NCBI GenBank assembly: GCA_965659815.1
Contig: CBFHXO010000001.1
Coordinates: forward strand, 73,368-137,367
Length of the DNA stretch: 64,000 nucleotides
Reading direction: 5' to 3'
Origin: Pseudomonadales bacterium
GTDB lineage: Bacteria; Pseudomonadota; Gammaproteobacteria; Pseudomonadales; UBA7434
The notes under the pieces were generated by a model, which searched no databases, was not told the origin of the DNA, and saw only the letters and a list, made by a program, of their open reading frames with translations. The position numbers and the translations under genes are program-made. Below, piece by piece: positions 29,150 through 42,239 of the stretch. Position 1 is the first letter of the stretch; each line of letters starts with the position of its first letter.

Positions 29150-29433
29150 GCTAATTTCCTTCCAAACCAATATTGATCATTAGGGCTGCGTTTATTTGCG
29201 CGTCAAATGTCACCGTTTATTATTCAGGCAAACGCTGCAAACTTTTCGGCGCGATCTGTATAATATAGCAGTCAGGATCAGCTCCAACGGCAGATTTTTT
29301 GTATAAATGTCGGTAATTACTGGTTTTTTTGTGTCGATCGCACTTGAACGTGATGGTTGTCTCGATAAAATTTGATCAATTTCACACCCAGGCAAGCAGT
29401 GCTGTTTCGCCTTGTTTATAGCGCAACCAACTT

Positions 29434-29937
29434 ATGGCCATACTCGATATTCTGGAATTTCCGGACCCTCAGCTTAGAATCGTCGCCAAACCGGTGAAAA
29501 CCGTCGACGCCAATATTCAGCAACTGGTCGACGATATGCTTGAAACCATGTACGACGCCGAGGGCATTGGACTGGCCGCCACCCAGGTCAACGTGCATCG
29601 ACAAGTGATTGTCATTGATGTCTCTGACGAGCGCGACCAACCGCTGGTATTTATTAACCCAAGTATCGAAGTCGTTAACGAAGAGCTGGACGAGTACCAG
29701 GAGGGTTGTCTCTCAGTGCCGGGTTATTACGAAGAAGTGTCTCGGCCCACCGGCGTGAAAGTCACCGCGCTCGATAAAAACGGCGAAAGCTTTGAGTTAA
29801 TGCCTGAGGGTTTATTAGCAGTATGTATTCAGCACGAAATCGATCATCTCAACGGTAAGTTGTTTGTCGATTACATCTCTGCTCTCAAGCGCAATCGCAT
29901 AAAACAAAAACTACAAAAAGAACGACGCATGGCCTAA
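29434..29937 (+). CDS. def: Peptide deformylase
   Basis: Metal-binding motifs [16 protein letters not shown] and HEIDHLNG. Confidence 0.97.
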   Translation: MAILDILEFPDPQLRIVAKPVKTVDANIQQLVDDMLETMYDAEGIGLAATQVNVHRQVIVIDVSDERDQPLVFINPSIEVVNEELDEYQEGCLSVPGYYEEVSRPTGVKVTALDKNGESFELMPEGLLAVCIQHEIDHLNGKLFVDYISALKRNRIKQKLQKERRMA

Positions 29938-30026
29938 GGCAGGTAGTTCGTGCCGACTTATTTAATGCCCATCAGCGTCTAGCCATAAGTATCTAACCCA
30001 TAAGCATTGCCGCCACAGGAACTCCA

Positions 30027-31010
30027 TTGCGTATTATCTTTGCCGGTACACCGCCTTTCGCCGCAGCGCATTTACAAGCCTTGCTCGACCAGGCCAGCGC
30101 GGCCAACTACGATATCGTCGCGGTATACACTCAGCCCGACCGGCGTTCCGGTCGCGGAAAAAAACTGCAGGCCTCTGCGGTAAAACAAGTGGCTGAAGCT
30201 GCCGGCATTGCAGTTGAACAACCGTTGTCACTAAAAGATCCCGAGCAGCAGCAAACGCTGGCACAGTACCGTGCCGATGTCATGATTGTCGCCGCCTATG
30301 GGTTGATTTTGCCGCAAGCGGTTTTAGATACACCGCGCCTAGGCTGCATTAATATTCATGCCTCGCTATTGCCACGCTGGCGCGGCGCGGCCCCGGTAGA
30401 GCGTGCGATTATCGCAGGCGATAGTGAAACCGGCATCACGATAATGCAAATGGATGCCGGACTGGATACCGGTGCAATGTTATTGAAAGACAGCTGTAGC
30501 ATTGATGCCAACGAAACCGGCGATAGCCTGCGCGAAAAATTAATCTCGGTTGGCATACCGCTGTTACATAAAACGCTGCTATGTATGCACGAAAATACTT
30601 TAACACCGCAGCAGCAAAACGATGCCGAAAGCACTTATGCAAATAAGATTGATAAACATGAAGCGCTAATCGATTGGGAGCAGAGCGCCCTCGCAATTGA
30701 ACGAAAAATTCGCGCCTTTACTTCGGCATTAGCCTGCCACAGTTTTTTGGCCGACCAGCGAATTCGAATTGTTACAGCAACGGCGAATACCGATAAATGC
30801 GATAGCGACAGCCAGGCACCGGGCACTGTGGCCCACATCGATAAAAACAGTATCGAGGTGCAGTGTGCAGATACCAGCTTACGCATTACCTCGGTACAAA
30901 TTCCTGGCGCTAAAGCCATGCCAATTGCCGCACTACTCAACGGTCGCCCCAATTTTTTCAGCCTCGGCGATCAGTTTTCCTTAGCGCCGTCTGACCAAGA
31001 CGCGTCTTAA
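30027..31010 (+). CDS. fmt: Methionyl-tRNA formyltransferase
   Basis: RIIFAGTPPFA and HASLLPRWRGAAP motifs. TTG start with an AGGAA SD 5-6 nt upstream. Downstream of def. Confidence 0.95.
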   Translation: MRIIFAGTPPFAAAHLQALLDQASAANYDIVAVYTQPDRRSGRGKKLQASAVKQVAEAAGIAVEQPLSLKDPEQQQTLAQYRADVMIVAAYGLILPQAVLDTPRLGCINIHASLLPRWRGAAPVERAIIAGDSETGITIMQMDAGLDTGAMLLKDSCSIDANETGDSLREKLISVGIPLLHKTLLCMHENTLTPQQQNDAESTYANKIDKHEALIDWEQSALAIERKIRAFTSALACHSFLADQRIRIVTATANTDKCDSDSQAPGTVAHIDKNSIEVQCADTSLRITSVQIPGAKAMPIAALLNGRPNFFSLGDQFSLAPSDQDAS

Positions 31011-32386
31011 TGAAAGATACACGCGCCCAGGCGGCAAAAGCCATTGGCCAGGTGTTGGGTAAAGGCGAATCGTTTACCGGCGATATTGACTCGCTCGCAA
31101 GCAAAGCCTCAGCCAGTCAAAGCGCTAACAGACCGTCAGACGATAAGAACGATCGCGGATTTTACCGTGAGCTTTGTTTTGGCACGCTGCGCCACTTTTA
31201 TAAACTCGACGCGCAATTACAACCGCTACTAAAAAAATCCTTTGCAAAAAAAGACGCCGATATTCATGCCTTACTGCTCATAGGTCTTTATCAAATTCAG
31301 TATATGCGCACCCCCGACCATGCCGCGATTAGTGCCAGCGTCGAAGCCGCAAAGCACTTAAAAAAAATCTGGGCAAAAGGTTTGGTTAATGCGGTATTGC
31401 GAAATTTTTTACGCCAGCAAAACGCCAGCAATACGGCGACAGCACTTGCCGATGCCGCAGCGGCCAGCCATCCGCAATGGCTATTTAAAAAGCTCAAACA
31501 AGACTGGCCAGATCATTGGCAAAACATTGTTGAATACAATAATTCACCGCCACCAATGGCGGTGCGAATCAATCGACAACAGCAAAGCCGCGAGCAATAT
31601 CAACAGCAACTGGCAGCAAGCGATATCACCAGCCAACCGGTGCCCTACACCGACTGCGGGCTAATGCTGGACGGCGCGGTTGCCATCAGCCAGCTACCCG
31701 ACTTTGAACAAGGGGTTTCGAGCGTGCAGGATCCAGGCGCTCAACTGGCGGCATCGTTGCTAAACGCCAGCGATAAAATGCGAGTGCTCGACGCCTGCTC
31801 AGCGCCTGGCGGCAAGGCCATCCATATACTGGAAATCGCACCCAAATGCTTATTATTGGCTGTTGATAGCAGTAGTGATCGCTTACTTCGGGTAGAGGAG
31901 AATATCGCCAGACATCAGCAGGGCCGGCAGCGCAGTCAAACCGATGCGGCCCAGATCAGCTGCTTGCACGCCGATGCCAATAACACCAAAAGCTGGTGGG
32001 ATGGCAAAGCCTTTGACCGCATTCTGCTCGATGCGCCATGCTCAGGCACCGGCATTATCAGCCACCACCCCGATATTAAATTGCTGCGCCGGCCGGGCGA
32101 TATCAACACTTTTGCCAAGCAGCAAATGCAGCTGCTCAATAATCTTTGGCCACTGCTCGCAAGCGAGGGAGAGTTGCTGTATTGCACCTGCTCCATCATG
32201 CCCGAAGAAAACGCCCGGCTAATTGATGCCTTTCTTGCCGCAACGCCGAAAGCCAAAGCGCTGCCCATTGAATGTGGCAAAGGCGAATGGGGCATCGCCT
32301 GCGGAGCAGGACGCCAACTACTACCAAATCGCGGTAAAAACGGCGGTTTTTTCTACGCAAGACTTAGCAAGTCTGCCACGGTCTAG
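31010..32386 (+). CDS. rsmB: 16S rRNA (cytosine967-C5)-methyltransferase
   Basis: NusB-like N-terminal domain plus SAM methyltransferase motifs LDACSAPGGK, DAPCSGTG and YCTCS. The start overlaps the fmt stop. Confidence 0.93.
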   Translation: MKDTRAQAAKAIGQVLGKGESFTGDIDSLASKASASQSANRPSDDKNDRGFYRELCFGTLRHFYKLDAQLQPLLKKSFAKKDADIHALLLIGLYQIQYMRTPDHAAISASVEAAKHLKKIWAKGLVNAVLRNFLRQQNASNTATALADAAAASHPQWLFKKLKQDWPDHWQNIVEYNNSPPPMAVRINRQQQSREQYQQQLAASDITSQPVPYTDCGLMLDGAVAISQLPDFEQGVSSVQDPGAQLAASLLNASDKMRVLDACSAPGGKAIHILEIAPKCLLLAVDSSSDRLLRVEENIARHQQGRQRSQTDAAQISCLHADANNTKSWWDGKAFDRILLDAPCSGTGIISHHPDIKLLRRPGDINTFAKQQMQLLNNLWPLLASEGELLYCTCSIMPEENARLIDAFLAATPKAKALPIECGKGEWGIACGAGRQLLPNRGKNGGFFYARLSKSATV

Positions 32387-32470
32387 TACGCTTAAACTTA
32401 TATAAACGCAGTGGATCAACACCGCGAATAAACCAGTGAATACCACCGTACCGATAACAAAGCAGGCGCT

Positions 32471-33844
32471 ATGAAAATTGTGATACTAGGGGCGGGTCAA
32501 GTCGGCGGCACGCTAGCTGAAAGCCTGGCTAATGAAAAAATTGATATCACAGTTGTCGATAGCAACGGCCCGCGTCTGCGCGAGCTGCAAGACAAGCTCG
32601 ATATTGGTACGGTAAACGGCCACGCGGCACACCCGGATGTACTAAAAAGCGCCGGGATTGAAGATGCCGATATGCTGGTAGCGGTCACAGGCTCCGATGA
32701 AATCAATATGATTGCCTGCCAGATTGCCCATTCAATTTATCGCACACCTACCAAAATTTGCCGCATTCGCGCCAACAGCTATGTATCAAAAAAAGAACTG
32801 TTCGCCGACGATGCCATTCCTATCGACGTTATCATTGCCCCCGAAGATCTGGTCACCGAGCATATTATTGGTTTGCTGGAGTATCCCGGTGTGTTGCAGG
32901 TGCTTAACTTTGCTGATGGCGCAGCGCAACTGATTGCTATTCGCGCACAGGCGGGCGATAAATTTATCGGCGAGACCTTATATAACATTCGCAAAATGAC
33001 GCCCAAACAGGACGCCAGGGTAGCGGCAATATTTCGTGGTGACCGAGCCATAAAGCCACAGCGCTCTACCGAAATCGAACCGCTGGATGAAGTCTTTTAT
33101 ATTGCTGCCAAAGAAAATATCCGGCCTGTTATGCGCGAGCTGGGTCAGCTCAATCGCCCCTACCATCGCATCATGATTGCAGGCGGTGGCAATATCGGTT
33201 TGCGACTGGCCATGGCGATTGAGCATCAATACTCGGTAAAAATTATCGAGCAGAATGCCGAGCGCGCCGAAGCGCTATCTGAGCATTTGAATAAAACCAT
33301 CGTATTACATGGCAGTTCATCCGATACCGAATTATTGCATAGCGAAAATATCGACCATATCGATGTGTTTATTGCGCTCACCAATGACGACGAAGCCAAT
33401 ATTATGTCGTCGCTATTGGCAAAAAAACTGGGCGCGCGAAAGGTGATTACCTTAATTACCAATCCCGCCTATGTCGATCTGGTTCAAGGTGCCGATATCG
33501 ATATCGCGTTTGCACCACAGTTAATTACCATTGGCAGTTTGCTTACACATGTGCGCCGTGGCGATATGGCCGCTGTACACTCACTCAGGCGCGGCGCAGC
33601 CGAAGCGCTGGAAATCATTGCTCATGGTGATAGCAAAAACTCCAAGGTAGTCGGCAAGAGTGTTGATGATATCGACCTGCCCGAAGGCGTGCGTATTGGC
33701 GCCATTGTCAGAGATGGCAAAGTATTAATTGCGCACCGGGATGTGATGGTAGAAACCGATGATCACGTAGTGGTGTTTTTGGCCGATAAAACACAAATCC
33801 CTGCGGTAGAAGCGCTATTTCAGGTTGGCCTGGGTTTCTTTTAA
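32471..33844 (+). CDS. trkA: Trk potassium uptake system NAD-binding protein TrkA
   Basis: Tandem RCK/NAD domains with GAGQVGG and GGGNIG loops. Confidence 0.95.
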   Translation: MKIVILGAGQVGGTLAESLANEKIDITVVDSNGPRLRELQDKLDIGTVNGHAAHPDVLKSAGIEDADMLVAVTGSDEINMIACQIAHSIYRTPTKICRIRANSYVSKKELFADDAIPIDVIIAPEDLVTEHIIGLLEYPGVLQVLNFADGAAQLIAIRAQAGDKFIGETLYNIRKMTPKQDARVAAIFRGDRAIKPQRSTEIEPLDEVFYIAAKENIRPVMRELGQLNRPYHRIMIAGGGNIGLRLAMAIEHQYSVKIIEQNAERAEALSEHLNKTIVLHGSSSDTELLHSENIDHIDVFIALTNDDEANIMSSLLAKKLGARKVITLITNPAYVDLVQGADIDIAFAPQLITIGSLLTHVRRGDMAAVHSLRRGAAEALEIIAHGDSKNSKVVGKSVDDIDLPEGVRIGAIVRDGKVLIAHRDVMVETDDHVVVFLADKTQIPAVEALFQVGLGFF

Positions 33845-33893
33845 AGATGCAAGGCCATATTAAAATGAACGCGATGGGCTAGGATTATCCAGC

Positions 33894-35351
33894 ATGCATT
33901 TTTCCCTTATTAGCGCACTGCTTGGGCTGTTGCTTTTAATTTTCAGCTTAACCATGTTGCTGCCCATTCCATTTGCGCTTTGGTTTGGCGAGAACACAAT
34001 AGATGTTTTTCTTACCGCATTCGCGATCACTGCCGCCACTGGCGCCGCGCTTTGGCTACCGAATAAAGACTCTCAACATACGCTGCGCACCCGCGATGGC
34101 TTTTTAATTACCGCCTTGTTCTGGTTGGTGTTAAGCGCCTTTGGCTCATTGCCACTATTGTTATCTGACGCATTATCACTGTCGCTCACCGACGCTATTT
34201 TCGAATCGGTGTCTGGCCTTACCACCACCGGTGCAACTGTTATCACAGGGCTTGATGAGCTACCGAAGTCACTACTTTATTATCGCCAGCAGCTGCAATG
34301 GCTGGGCGGGATCGGAATTATCGTTATCGCTATAGCCATTTTGCCCATGCTTGGGGTAGGTGGTATGCAACTGTATCGCGCCGAAACGCCAGGTCCAATA
34401 AAAGATACCAAGCTCACACCACGTATTACCAGCACGGCTAAAGCCCTGTTTATCATTTATTTGTCGATGACAGTTGGCTGTGGCGTGGCGTACTGGCTGG
34501 CGGGTATGACGCCATTTGATGCGCTGGCGCATAGTTTTTCTACTGTAGCAATAGGTGGCTTTAGCACCCACGATGCAAGTATGGGTTACTTCAACAACCC
34601 GGTGATCTTATGGATCGCGATAATCTATATGTTATTAGCCGGGGTAAACTTTGCCTTGCATTACTTCTCTTTTCGCGGCCGCTCATTGAAAGTGTACTGG
34701 TCAGACTCGGAGTTTCGCTTTTACCTGCTGGTTATCCTGATGGCCATGACCATTGTTAGCATTAGCTTGATTATTTTAAACCCCAGCGATGCACAAAGCT
34801 GGCAAGACTCCGTTTTACACGCCATATTCCAGGTGGTATCGCTGGCCACCACCACAGGCTTTACCTCCGCCGACTACAGCGCCTGGCCCACGTTTATTCC
34901 GTTATTCATGTTTTTGCTCGCGTTTATGGGCGCATCGGCCGGCTCTACCGGCGGCGGCATGAAAGCAATAAGGGTGTTGTTGATTGCAAAGCAGGGCTAT
35001 CGCGAGCTGCTTCGGCTGGTGCACCCCAACGCCGTGATTCCCATCAAAATTGGCGATCGGCCGGTATCCGACCGGGTGGTGAGCGCCGTATGGAGCTTTT
35101 TCGCGATTTATGTGCTGGTTTACGTCACCATGCTTTTGCTGATTTTAGCCACCGGGCTGGACTTCCTAACCGCATTTTCGGCAGTCGGCGCCTCAATTAA
35201 TAATCTTGGCCCCGGTCTCGGCGTCGTCGCGGCGCACTTTGGCGATATACCCGCCACAGCAAAGTGGATTCTCTGTTTGGCAATGCTGCTCGGTCGACTA
35301 GAGGTATTTACGCTGCTGGTGCTGTTCACTCCGGCATTCTGGCGCAAATAA
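33894..35351 (+). CDS. trkH: Trk potassium uptake system membrane protein TrkH
   Basis: 485-aa multi-pass protein with repeated selectivity-filter-like segments (TTTGAT, AIGGFS, TTTGFT, STGGGMK). Confidence 0.93.
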   Translation: MHFSLISALLGLLLLIFSLTMLLPIPFALWFGENTIDVFLTAFAITAATGAALWLPNKDSQHTLRTRDGFLITALFWLVLSAFGSLPLLLSDALSLSLTDAIFESVSGLTTTGATVITGLDELPKSLLYYRQQLQWLGGIGIIVIAIAILPMLGVGGMQLYRAETPGPIKDTKLTPRITSTAKALFIIYLSMTVGCGVAYWLAGMTPFDALAHSFSTVAIGGFSTHDASMGYFNNPVILWIAIIYMLLAGVNFALHYFSFRGRSLKVYWSDSEFRFYLLVILMAMTIVSISLIILNPSDAQSWQDSVLHAIFQVVSLATTTGFTSADYSAWPTFIPLFMFLLAFMGASAGSTGGGMKAIRVLLIAKQGYRELLRLVHPNAVIPIKIGDRPVSDRVVSAVWSFFAIYVLVYVTMLLLILATGLDFLTAFSAVGASINNLGPGLGVVAAHFGDIPATAKWILCLAMLLGRLEVFTLLVLFTPAFWRK

Positions 35352-35552
35352 GACCATTCATCCGCGCAAACGAGCGGAAAATACCGGCCATCGAAGGCTG
35401 ATAATGTATAATCGCGCGCTTTTATCCGGGCAGAAGATCAACGGATCGACGACCGAACCGATCCGTGGGTTAGCAACAAGTGAGTGACCCGCCCCGGAAT
35501 CAGTCATCCTGTATAACAACCAAGACACAGACAAGGCACAGAAGAACCCACA

Positions 35553-36509
35553 ATGAACACCCAAAGCAAGCCCCTGACCTTTCAGGACCTGATACTCACC
35601 CTGCAAAACTACTGGGCGCAACGCGGCTGTGTCATTCTGCAGCCGCTCGATATGGAAGTGGGGGCAGGGACGTTTCACCCGGCCACTTTTTTGCGTGCCA
35701 TTGGCCCGGAAACCTGGAACGCAGCCTATGTCCAACCCTGCCGTCGACCTACCGATGGTCGCTATGGTGAAAACCCCAACCGCTTGCAACACTACTACCA
35801 GTTCCAGGTGGCGTTAAAGCCATCGCCCGACAATATCCAACAACTCTATCTCGATTCACTTTATGAGATTGGTATTGACCCCAAGGTCAACGATATTCGC
35901 TTTGTTGAAGATAACTGGGAGTCACCAACGCTAGGAGCCTGGGGTTTGGGCTGGGAAGTCTGGTTAAACGGGATGGAGGTCACGCAATTTACCTATTTTC
36001 AGCAAGTCGGCGGCCTTGAATGTTATCCGGTCACTGGCGAAATCACCTATGGTCTTGAGCGTATTGCTATGTACCTGCAAGGTGTAGATTCCATTTACGA
36101 TTTAGTCTGGACCGAAAGCGAGCATGGCAGCGTGAGCTATGGCGATGTGTTTCACCAAAACGAAGTTGAAATGTCTGCCTATAATTTTGAGCATGCTAAC
36201 GTCGACTTTTTATTTTCATATTTTGATGAATGTGAAACACAAAGCCAGGCGTTAATTACTGCTGGCCTGCCACTACCGGCTTATGAGCAAGTAATGAAAG
36301 CATCGCATGCGTTTAACCTGCTCGATGCACGCCATGCGATTTCAGTGACTGAGCGACAACGCTTTATTTTGCGGGTGAGAACCCTGGCCCGCGCAGTTGC
36401 CGAAGCCTACTATCAAAAGCGCGGCGAGCTGGGTTTTCCTTTGGCCGACCCATCTATTCAGGCAGACGCCCTGGAAAAATTTGCCGCGACGCAACAGGAG
36501 GCTATGTAA
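35553..36509 (+). CDS. glyQ: Glycine--tRNA ligase alpha subunit
   Basis: Highly conserved GlyQ sequence ([35 protein letters not shown]). Confidence 0.97.
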   Translation: MNTQSKPLTFQDLILTLQNYWAQRGCVILQPLDMEVGAGTFHPATFLRAIGPETWNAAYVQPCRRPTDGRYGENPNRLQHYYQFQVALKPSPDNIQQLYLDSLYEIGIDPKVNDIRFVEDNWESPTLGAWGLGWEVWLNGMEVTQFTYFQQVGGLECYPVTGEITYGLERIAMYLQGVDSIYDLVWTESEHGSVSYGDVFHQNEVEMSAYNFEHANVDFLFSYFDECETQSQALITAGLPLPAYEQVMKASHAFNLLDARHAISVTERQRFILRVRTLARAVAEAYYQKRGELGFPLADPSIQADALEKFAATQQEAM

Positions 36510-38608
36510 TGAGTGTCTCCAATACTGCCGACTGCTTAATCGAACTGGGCACTGAAGAGCTGCCACCAACAGCACTGGCATCGTTGTCAAAGGCGTTTGA
36601 AAAAGGGGTATTAAGCGGCCTGGCATCGGCCGATTTGAATTTTGACCGCGATAGCGTAAAGCGCTTTGCCACGCCAAGACGACTGGCAATACTGGTGCCA
36701 GGCTTACAAACCCAGCAAGCCGATAAGGCGATTGAAAAGCTGGGGCCCGCCATAGCCGCCGCATACGATAAAGATGGCAAGCCAAGCAAAGCCGCCGAAG
36801 GCTTTGCCCGCAGCAATGGCATTACCTTTGACGATTTGATCACCGTCGACACCGATAAAGGAGAGCGCCTGTGTTTTCGTAGCACTGAAAACGGCAAAGC
36901 CACGAGTGAACTTCTCGAGAGCATTATTACTAACGCGCTGGACGCACTTCCCATTCCCAAGCGTATGCGTTGGGGTGCATCGCGCGCCGAATTTGTCCGA
37001 CCAGTTCACTGGTTAGTGGTGCTGTTGGGTGACGAGCAGGTCGACTGTTCGGTACTCGGTATTCAATCGGGCAAACACAGCATTGGTCACCGCTTTCATG
37101 CGCCAGGCAGCATCGAAATTAAAACACCGGCCGGCTACGAACAACAGCTATTGGAGCAGGGACATATTATTGTCGACTACAATAAGCGACGCGATGCGAT
37201 TGCCGAACAAGTGGCTGCACTGGGCAGAACCATTAATGGTCAGGCAGTTATCGAATCCGATTTACTCGATGAGGTTACCGCATTAGTAGAAATGCCCTTC
37301 CCATTAATAGGTAAATTCGACGCGGAGTTTCTCGCAGTGCCACAAGAGGCATTGATCTACTCGATGAGTGAGCATCAAAAGTACTTTCATCTCGTCGATG
37401 CCAACGGGCAGTTGCTGCCAAACTTTATTACCGTTAGCAATATTGATAGCACCGACCCCGAAAAAGTCATTAGCGGTAACGAGCGCGTCATTCGCCCGCG
37501 ACTAGCCGACGCCGCATTTTTCTTTGAAACCGATAAAAAAGTATCGTTGTCAGCTTTGCGTGAGCGATTAAAACCGATTGTGTTTCAAAAGCAGCTGGGC
37601 ACGGTATTTGAAAAAACCCAGCGCATTGGTGCACTAGCAGAAGGCATTGCCAACGCCATTGGTGCCGATGGCGCTGCAGCCAAACTGGCCGGCGAATTAT
37701 CCAAAGCCGATTTAGCCTCAGATATGGTGCTGGAATTTGACAAGATGCAAGGTACAGCGGGCGGCTATTACGCTTTAAATGAAGGCTTGCCTGAAGCTGT
37801 TGCCAACGCCATCAAGTCGCACTACCTGCCCAAATTTGCCGGCGACCGGGTGCCTGAATCGGGTGTTGCCTGCGCAGTTGCACTTGCCGATCGGCTCGAT
37901 ACACTCACCGGTATATTCGGGATTGGCCAGGAACCGTCAGGCTCAAAAGATCCGTTCGCATTGCGTCGTGCCGCAATCGCGGTACTGCAAATTATTTTGC
38001 AAAACCGTTTGGCTATTAATATTCAACAGTGGATAGAAACCGCAGCCAAACAACACCAATGTGATATTGATAGCGATGCCTGCAGTGCGGGTGTGCTCGA
38101 TTATCTGTTTGATCGTTTTGCTGCCGTGTATCAGGACCAGGGTTTGGCAGCGGAGATTTTTGCTGCAGTAAAAGCCAAAGCATTAAATAGCCCGTTAGAC
38201 TTTGACGCCAGGGTACAAGCGGTTGCAGCGTTTTCTAACACGGCAGAAAGTGAAAGCCTTGCCAGTGCCAACAAACGCGTCTCAAATATTCTTGCCAAAT
38301 CAGAAACCACCATTGATAGCCGCGAGTTCGATGCTGCGCTACTGGTTGAAGATGCAGAGAAAGCACTGGCAGAAACTATTGCTCGCAAAGAAAGCGAAGT
38401 TATGCCGCTGTTTGATGCCGGCAATTACCGCGATGGCCTGCTTAAATTGACCGAGCTTAAAACTACCATCGACAACTTTTTTGATGATGTGATGGTAAAC
38501 GCCGATGACGAAGCGCTAAAGCGTAATCGTCTGGCGCTACTGGCAAGGTTGCGCGAACTGTTTTTACATGTGGCAGACATATCGCTATTGGCAGCACCCA
38601 AGCGGTAA
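36509..38608 (+). CDS. glyS: Glycine--tRNA ligase beta subunit
   Basis: 699-aa ORF overlapping the glyQ stop. N-terminal LIELGTEELPP and HQKYF motifs. Confidence 0.96.
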   Translation: MSVSNTADCLIELGTEELPPTALASLSKAFEKGVLSGLASADLNFDRDSVKRFATPRRLAILVPGLQTQQADKAIEKLGPAIAAAYDKDGKPSKAAEGFARSNGITFDDLITVDTDKGERLCFRSTENGKATSELLESIITNALDALPIPKRMRWGASRAEFVRPVHWLVVLLGDEQVDCSVLGIQSGKHSIGHRFHAPGSIEIKTPAGYEQQLLEQGHIIVDYNKRRDAIAEQVAALGRTINGQAVIESDLLDEVTALVEMPFPLIGKFDAEFLAVPQEALIYSMSEHQKYFHLVDANGQLLPNFITVSNIDSTDPEKVISGNERVIRPRLADAAFFFETDKKVSLSALRERLKPIVFQKQLGTVFEKTQRIGALAEGIANAIGADGAAAKLAGELSKADLASDMVLEFDKMQGTAGGYYALNEGLPEAVANAIKSHYLPKFAGDRVPESGVACAVALADRLDTLTGIFGIGQEPSGSKDPFALRRAAIAVLQIILQNRLAINIQQWIETAAKQHQCDIDSDACSAGVLDYLFDRFAAVYQDQGLAAEIFAAVKAKALNSPLDFDARVQAVAAFSNTAESESLASANKRVSNILAKSETTIDSREFDAALLVEDAEKALAETIARKESEVMPLFDAGNYRDGLLKLTELKTTIDNFFDDVMVNADDEALKRNRLALLARLRELFLHVADISLLAAPKR

Positions 38609-38622
38609 TTCACTTATAGCGT

Positions 38623-39420
38623 GTGCCACAACCTGATGGATTGGCAAGCATGAACCCAAACTCCCACTCGCCAAGCCTGGCTGTGCGCCTGCGCGTGGCG
38701 GGTTTTCAATTTTTCTATTTTCTGTCGGTAGCCTGGTTTGGTATCACCGGCACCTTGCTGTGGTGGTTACCGTATCGCTATCGCAGCCGCTATATCACTT
38801 TATGGAACCACTTTGTGGTCTTTATCGCCAAGCGATTCATTGGTATTAAAATCGAATTAACCGGGAGTGAAAATATTCCCGATCGCGCCTGCGTGATTAT
38901 GTGTAAACACCAATCCGAATGGGAAACGTTTTATTTACAAACCCAGTTTTGGCCGCTATGCACGATTTTAAAAAAGGAGTTGTTGCGCATTCCATTTTTT
39001 GGCTGGGCACTTAGGCAAATGGAACCCATTGCTATTGATCGCAGCTCACCAAAAGAAGCGCTAAAGCTGGTGCAATCTAAAGGATTAAAACGCCTCAGCC
39101 AGGGCCGCTCGGTATTGATTTTTCCTGAGGGCACGCGGGTTAAACCCGGCGAGACCAAACGCTATGCACGCAGTGGTGCGAATCTCGCGCTGGCAGGTAA
39201 CTGCGATATATTGCCCATTGCCCACAATGCCGGCGTTCACTGGCCAAGCAAATCAATAAAAACCGCCGGGACTATTCGCTTTGTGATTGGCAACCCTATT
39301 GCCGTTGCCAATAAATCGGCAAAAGATCTCACAGCAGAAGTTGAGCGCTGGATCGAAACACAATCCAGCGCGCTGCTTGAAACTAAACTGGCAACTAGCC
39401 TTGAAGCTAACGAGGACTAA
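38623..39420 (+). CDS. Lysophospholipid (1-acyl-sn-glycerol-3-phosphate) acyltransferase family protein
   Basis: Acyltransferase motifs KHQSEWE (HX4D/E type) and IFPEGTR, with an N-terminal membrane segment. Same position next to gyrB as the Pseudomonas lptA gene, as I recall. An alternative ATG lies at 38650. Confidence 0.8.
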   Translation: MPQPDGLASMNPNSHSPSLAVRLRVAGFQFFYFLSVAWFGITGTLLWWLPYRYRSRYITLWNHFVVFIAKRFIGIKIELTGSENIPDRACVIMCKHQSEWETFYLQTQFWPLCTILKKELLRIPFFGWALRQMEPIAIDRSSPKEALKLVQSKGLKRLSQGRSVLIFPEGTRVKPGETKRYARSGANLALAGNCDILPIAHNAGVHWPSKSIKTAGTIRFVIGNPIAVANKSAKDLTAEVERWIETQSSALLETKLATSLEANED

Positions 39421-39430
39421 AACTAACGGA

Positions 39431-41881
<2,451 letters not shown>

Positions 41882-42060
41882 CTACACCTGTGTAGATTGT
41901 TTTTTAAACGATTATTTCGGCCTGCCCTGGTATCGACTATTGGCCTTGAATAACAGCTTTTTGTCCGTCTGGCCAACACCGAGGCTGACACTTTGCCATT
42001 ACACCACCAAACACCTGGATAAACAGTAAAATCAATCGCTTAGCTTATAATTAACGGGTT

Positions 42061-42089
42061 ATTGTGTGGCCATATGGCGTGCGAGTCAA
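42061..42089 (-). promoter_or_regulatory. Candidate sigma70 promoter for gyrB
   Basis: The minus strand reads TTGACT (42084-42089), a 17-nt spacer, then CACAAT (42061-42066), about 190 nt upstream of the gyrB ATG. Confidence 0.3.
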
Positions 42090-42239
42090 CCCAATAAAAC
42101 GGTAGTTTCAAAGCTGTTGTTCTGGCCACTCTCAAGCGCTGAAAACACGCCATCGAGACCACGTAAAACCGGCAAAATAAACGCAAAGGTGCGGGGTTAA
42201 GCATGCTTGCAAAAGCGGCGTTACAAGTTAGCCGTCAGG

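Noticed and set aside
35358-35792. 144-aa minus-strand ORF spanning the trkH-glyQ spacer and the glyQ 5' end
   Set aside because: It overlaps the highly conserved glyQ N-terminus and shows no start context or motif. I did note a perfect 8-bp hairpin in the glyQ leader (35441-35466) and a TATAAT (35407-35412), but could not find a convincing -35 for it.
36342-36960. Two overlapping minus-strand ORFs of 147 and 152 aa
   Set aside because: They are antisense to the glyQ end and glyS start, both of which are unambiguous. I treat them as typical shadow ORFs.
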